NCBI GenBank assembly: GCA_043228905.1
Contig: JBHGNT010000004.1
Span: 9,734,001 to 9,798,000 of the forward strand
Direction: 5' to 3'
DNA from: Azolla caroliniana
Taxonomy: Eukaryota; Plantae; Polypodiophyta
DNA length: 64,000 nucleotides
Shown here: one piece after another, positions 62,001 to 64,000 of the stretch
Layout: each line of letters starts with the position of its first letter
Numbering within the stretch: position 1 is the stretch's first letter
Position numbers and translations under genes: made by a program
The notes under the pieces: generated by a model
The model's input: the letters and a program-made list of their open reading frames with translations, nothing else
Database searches by the model: none
What the model was told of the DNA's origin: nothing

Positions 62001-64000
62001 AACCCCATCTTACACAACCGGTGCGTGATCTTCGCATTCCAAGCTCAGGGGGCTTGCTTAAGGCCATAAAGGGACTTCTTCAGCCGGCATACCGCCGACT
62101 TGTTCATCTCCGTCTGGAAACCGAGGGGTTGTATCATAAAGACCTCTTCTTCAAGATCTCCTTGAAGAAATGCATTCTTCACATCCATCTGGTGAAGATG
62201 CCACCCCCTTGCCGCTGCAACCGCCAGCACCACACGAACCATCGTCATCTTCGCTACCGGAGCGAAGGTCTCATCGTAGTCGATTCCGTGGGTCTATGCG
62301 TATCCCTTCGCCACTAATCGGGCCTTGTACTGGTTAACTGAACCGTCAGCATTGTACTTTACCTTGTACACCCACTTGCATCCGATCGGTTTACTGTGAC
62401 GGGGAGGGTCAACTAGGTCCCATGTATCGTTGGCATCAAGTGCCCGCATCTCTTCTTCCATAGTGGCACGCCAATGTGCGTCCTTTCCCGCTTCTACGTA
62501 GTTCTCTGGCTCACGCACATTCGCCACCTTGGTCATGTATGCATAGTGATGCACCATGTACTCATTGTATCTGTACCGCTTAATAGGTTCCTTCTGGTGG
62601 GTTGACCGGCCTAACCTACCGTTACCCGGTTTGATGCCCTTCTTGGTCGGTTCGGTCTTTGATGCCGAAGAACCGTCATTTTCCTTTCTAGAGTTGGATC
62701 CGCTTCGATCCGACTCATCAATACCAGTTCCATAATCCAGCATCTTCTTCTTCCCCTTCTCTTTGCTCGTGAACCATCTCCTCGGTTCCTTGCGCGGGGA
62801 GAGCACGGCAGAGTCTTCACTACTCGCTGGTTCTTCTTACGACTGGTCGGATTGACCTAGTCTCTCCTTCGGCCCACTCAACTGAAACGATTCCGGACTC
62901 TCTTCTTGAGTCTCAGATTCATCATCTTCTAACTGGACCGGTTAAGGCTCACTAGCCTCATCCTCCGATATCAGGTCGGGGTCAGAAGTCGGAGCTGGTA
63001 AGGCATACCATGATGCGGCTAACTTAGACCTGCTTCGTCCGGGGGTTATAACACTTATACGCCTTTTGCTCATGTGAGTAGCCGACGAGGATGCACTTCT
63101 CCGATTTTGCATCCAGCTTCCTCCGCTTCTCATCCGGCACATGCACATATGCTATGTTGGTGAAAAATGACAGCGTATTCTCCCTCGTACATACTGTTGT
63201 CCGGAAAGCTCGGAACTTAGACGCTAGGCCGCCAAGACAGACCTATACCATCTCGTCTTCCTCTACAGTAACGTTGATAGAGGCAAGCGAGTCACAGATC
63301 TCTTTGATTCGGGTCGTGTAATCAGCCACCGACATGTTCTTCTGTCGGACATTGCTCAACTCCTGTCGGAGTTGCAGCTTTCGGGTTGTGGTGCTTGTGG
63401 CGAACACCTTCTTCAGGTTTCCCCAAGCCTCTTTCGGCGTCCCGGCATCTCGGACGTGGCTTAGTAGCTGGTCTGCCACACTGGATGCAAAGCAGTACAT
63501 CACTCTACTTGCCGATTGTTCCCACACCGGGAAGTCCTTGTGTGCCGCATCAGGTGCTGTGTCGTTAGGTCTATCGACATAGCTCTAGTAACCATGCCCA
63601 AGCAGGTACTGGTGTATCTTGTATGACCAAGATGCGTAGTTGGATCTATCACGCTTCTCCACCGGAAGCGAGCTAGCCATTCCTCTATCCATTGTTTTTT
63701 TTTTTTTGTTCTTTACAAAGGTTAGGTTTTCTTCTTGCGAAAGCGAATGTTGGCTGTAGAGGTTCACAACCCTTGCGCTCTGATACCATGTAAAAACAAA
63801 TAGCCTGCGGAAGCAATGAAAAAACAGAAAACAGAGAACAAGTTTAATGGAGAGCTTAACAGTACGCGGGAGCGACAAAGAGAGAGAACAAGAATCTCTA
63901 TTCAAAAATTATATCAACGCTCTGTACATCGTAGGTGTTCAACGAGCACTTTTATACAGGTCCATACGGATTGACAGAAGTACGATGTACTTCAATGCTC
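56075..64000 (-). mobile_element. Internally deleted Ty1/Copia; 3' LTR 56075-56486, 5' LTR from 63789 (runs off the window)
   Basis: PBS GCTCTGATACCA 63777-63788; Gag N-terminus fused near 63160 to the integrase tail YVHVPDEKRRKLDAK; RT and RNase H present; PPT CTCCCCCT. Confidence 0.92.
56952..60829 (+). mobile_element. Non-coding LTR element with three 518-bp LTRs (56952-57469, 59665-60182, 60312-60829)
   Basis: Apparently identical TGTT...AACA LTRs; perfect TSD CTTGA; PBS TGGCACGCCCGTGGGA (tRNA-Arg-like) after LTRs 1 and 2; no gag/pol motifs. Confidence 0.93.

Overview
Eukaryotic, repeat-saturated plant DNA; the element types suggest a moss or other early land plant (inference). No intact host gene is evident. 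From left to right: (1) 1-10341 is a composite of a Gag-only LTR element (LTR type A) fused tail-to-tail to a full Gypsy with a type-A 5' LTR and a type-B 3' LTR. It sits in a Copia that interrupts an R2R3-MYB pseudogene. (2) About 13.9-27.4 kb is a decayed DNA-transposon-like unit. It has a Sola2-like DDD transposase (+), a convergent spliced RING-H2 gene (-) and arrays of the palindrome TAGCTAATTAGCTA, and it is interrupted by a young chromovirus (17417-24530). (3) 27.4-32.1 kb is a ~300 bp tandem repeat whose unit is a 159-nt in-frame exon plus an intron. (4) A fragmented L1-type LINE is interrupted by a 3.5 kb TIR element (4-bp TSD) and by a Copia that contains a second Gypsy. (5) A third Gypsy remnant contains an internally deleted Copia, which contains a non-coding three-LTR element. 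The best leads are: antisense tRNA-like Pol III A/B-box modules in three different LTR types and in the TIR element; the transposase + RING + palindrome-array unit; the LTR swap exactly at the PBS; and a -1 frameshift pseudoknot downstream of the protease. All calls were made by eye, without database searches.
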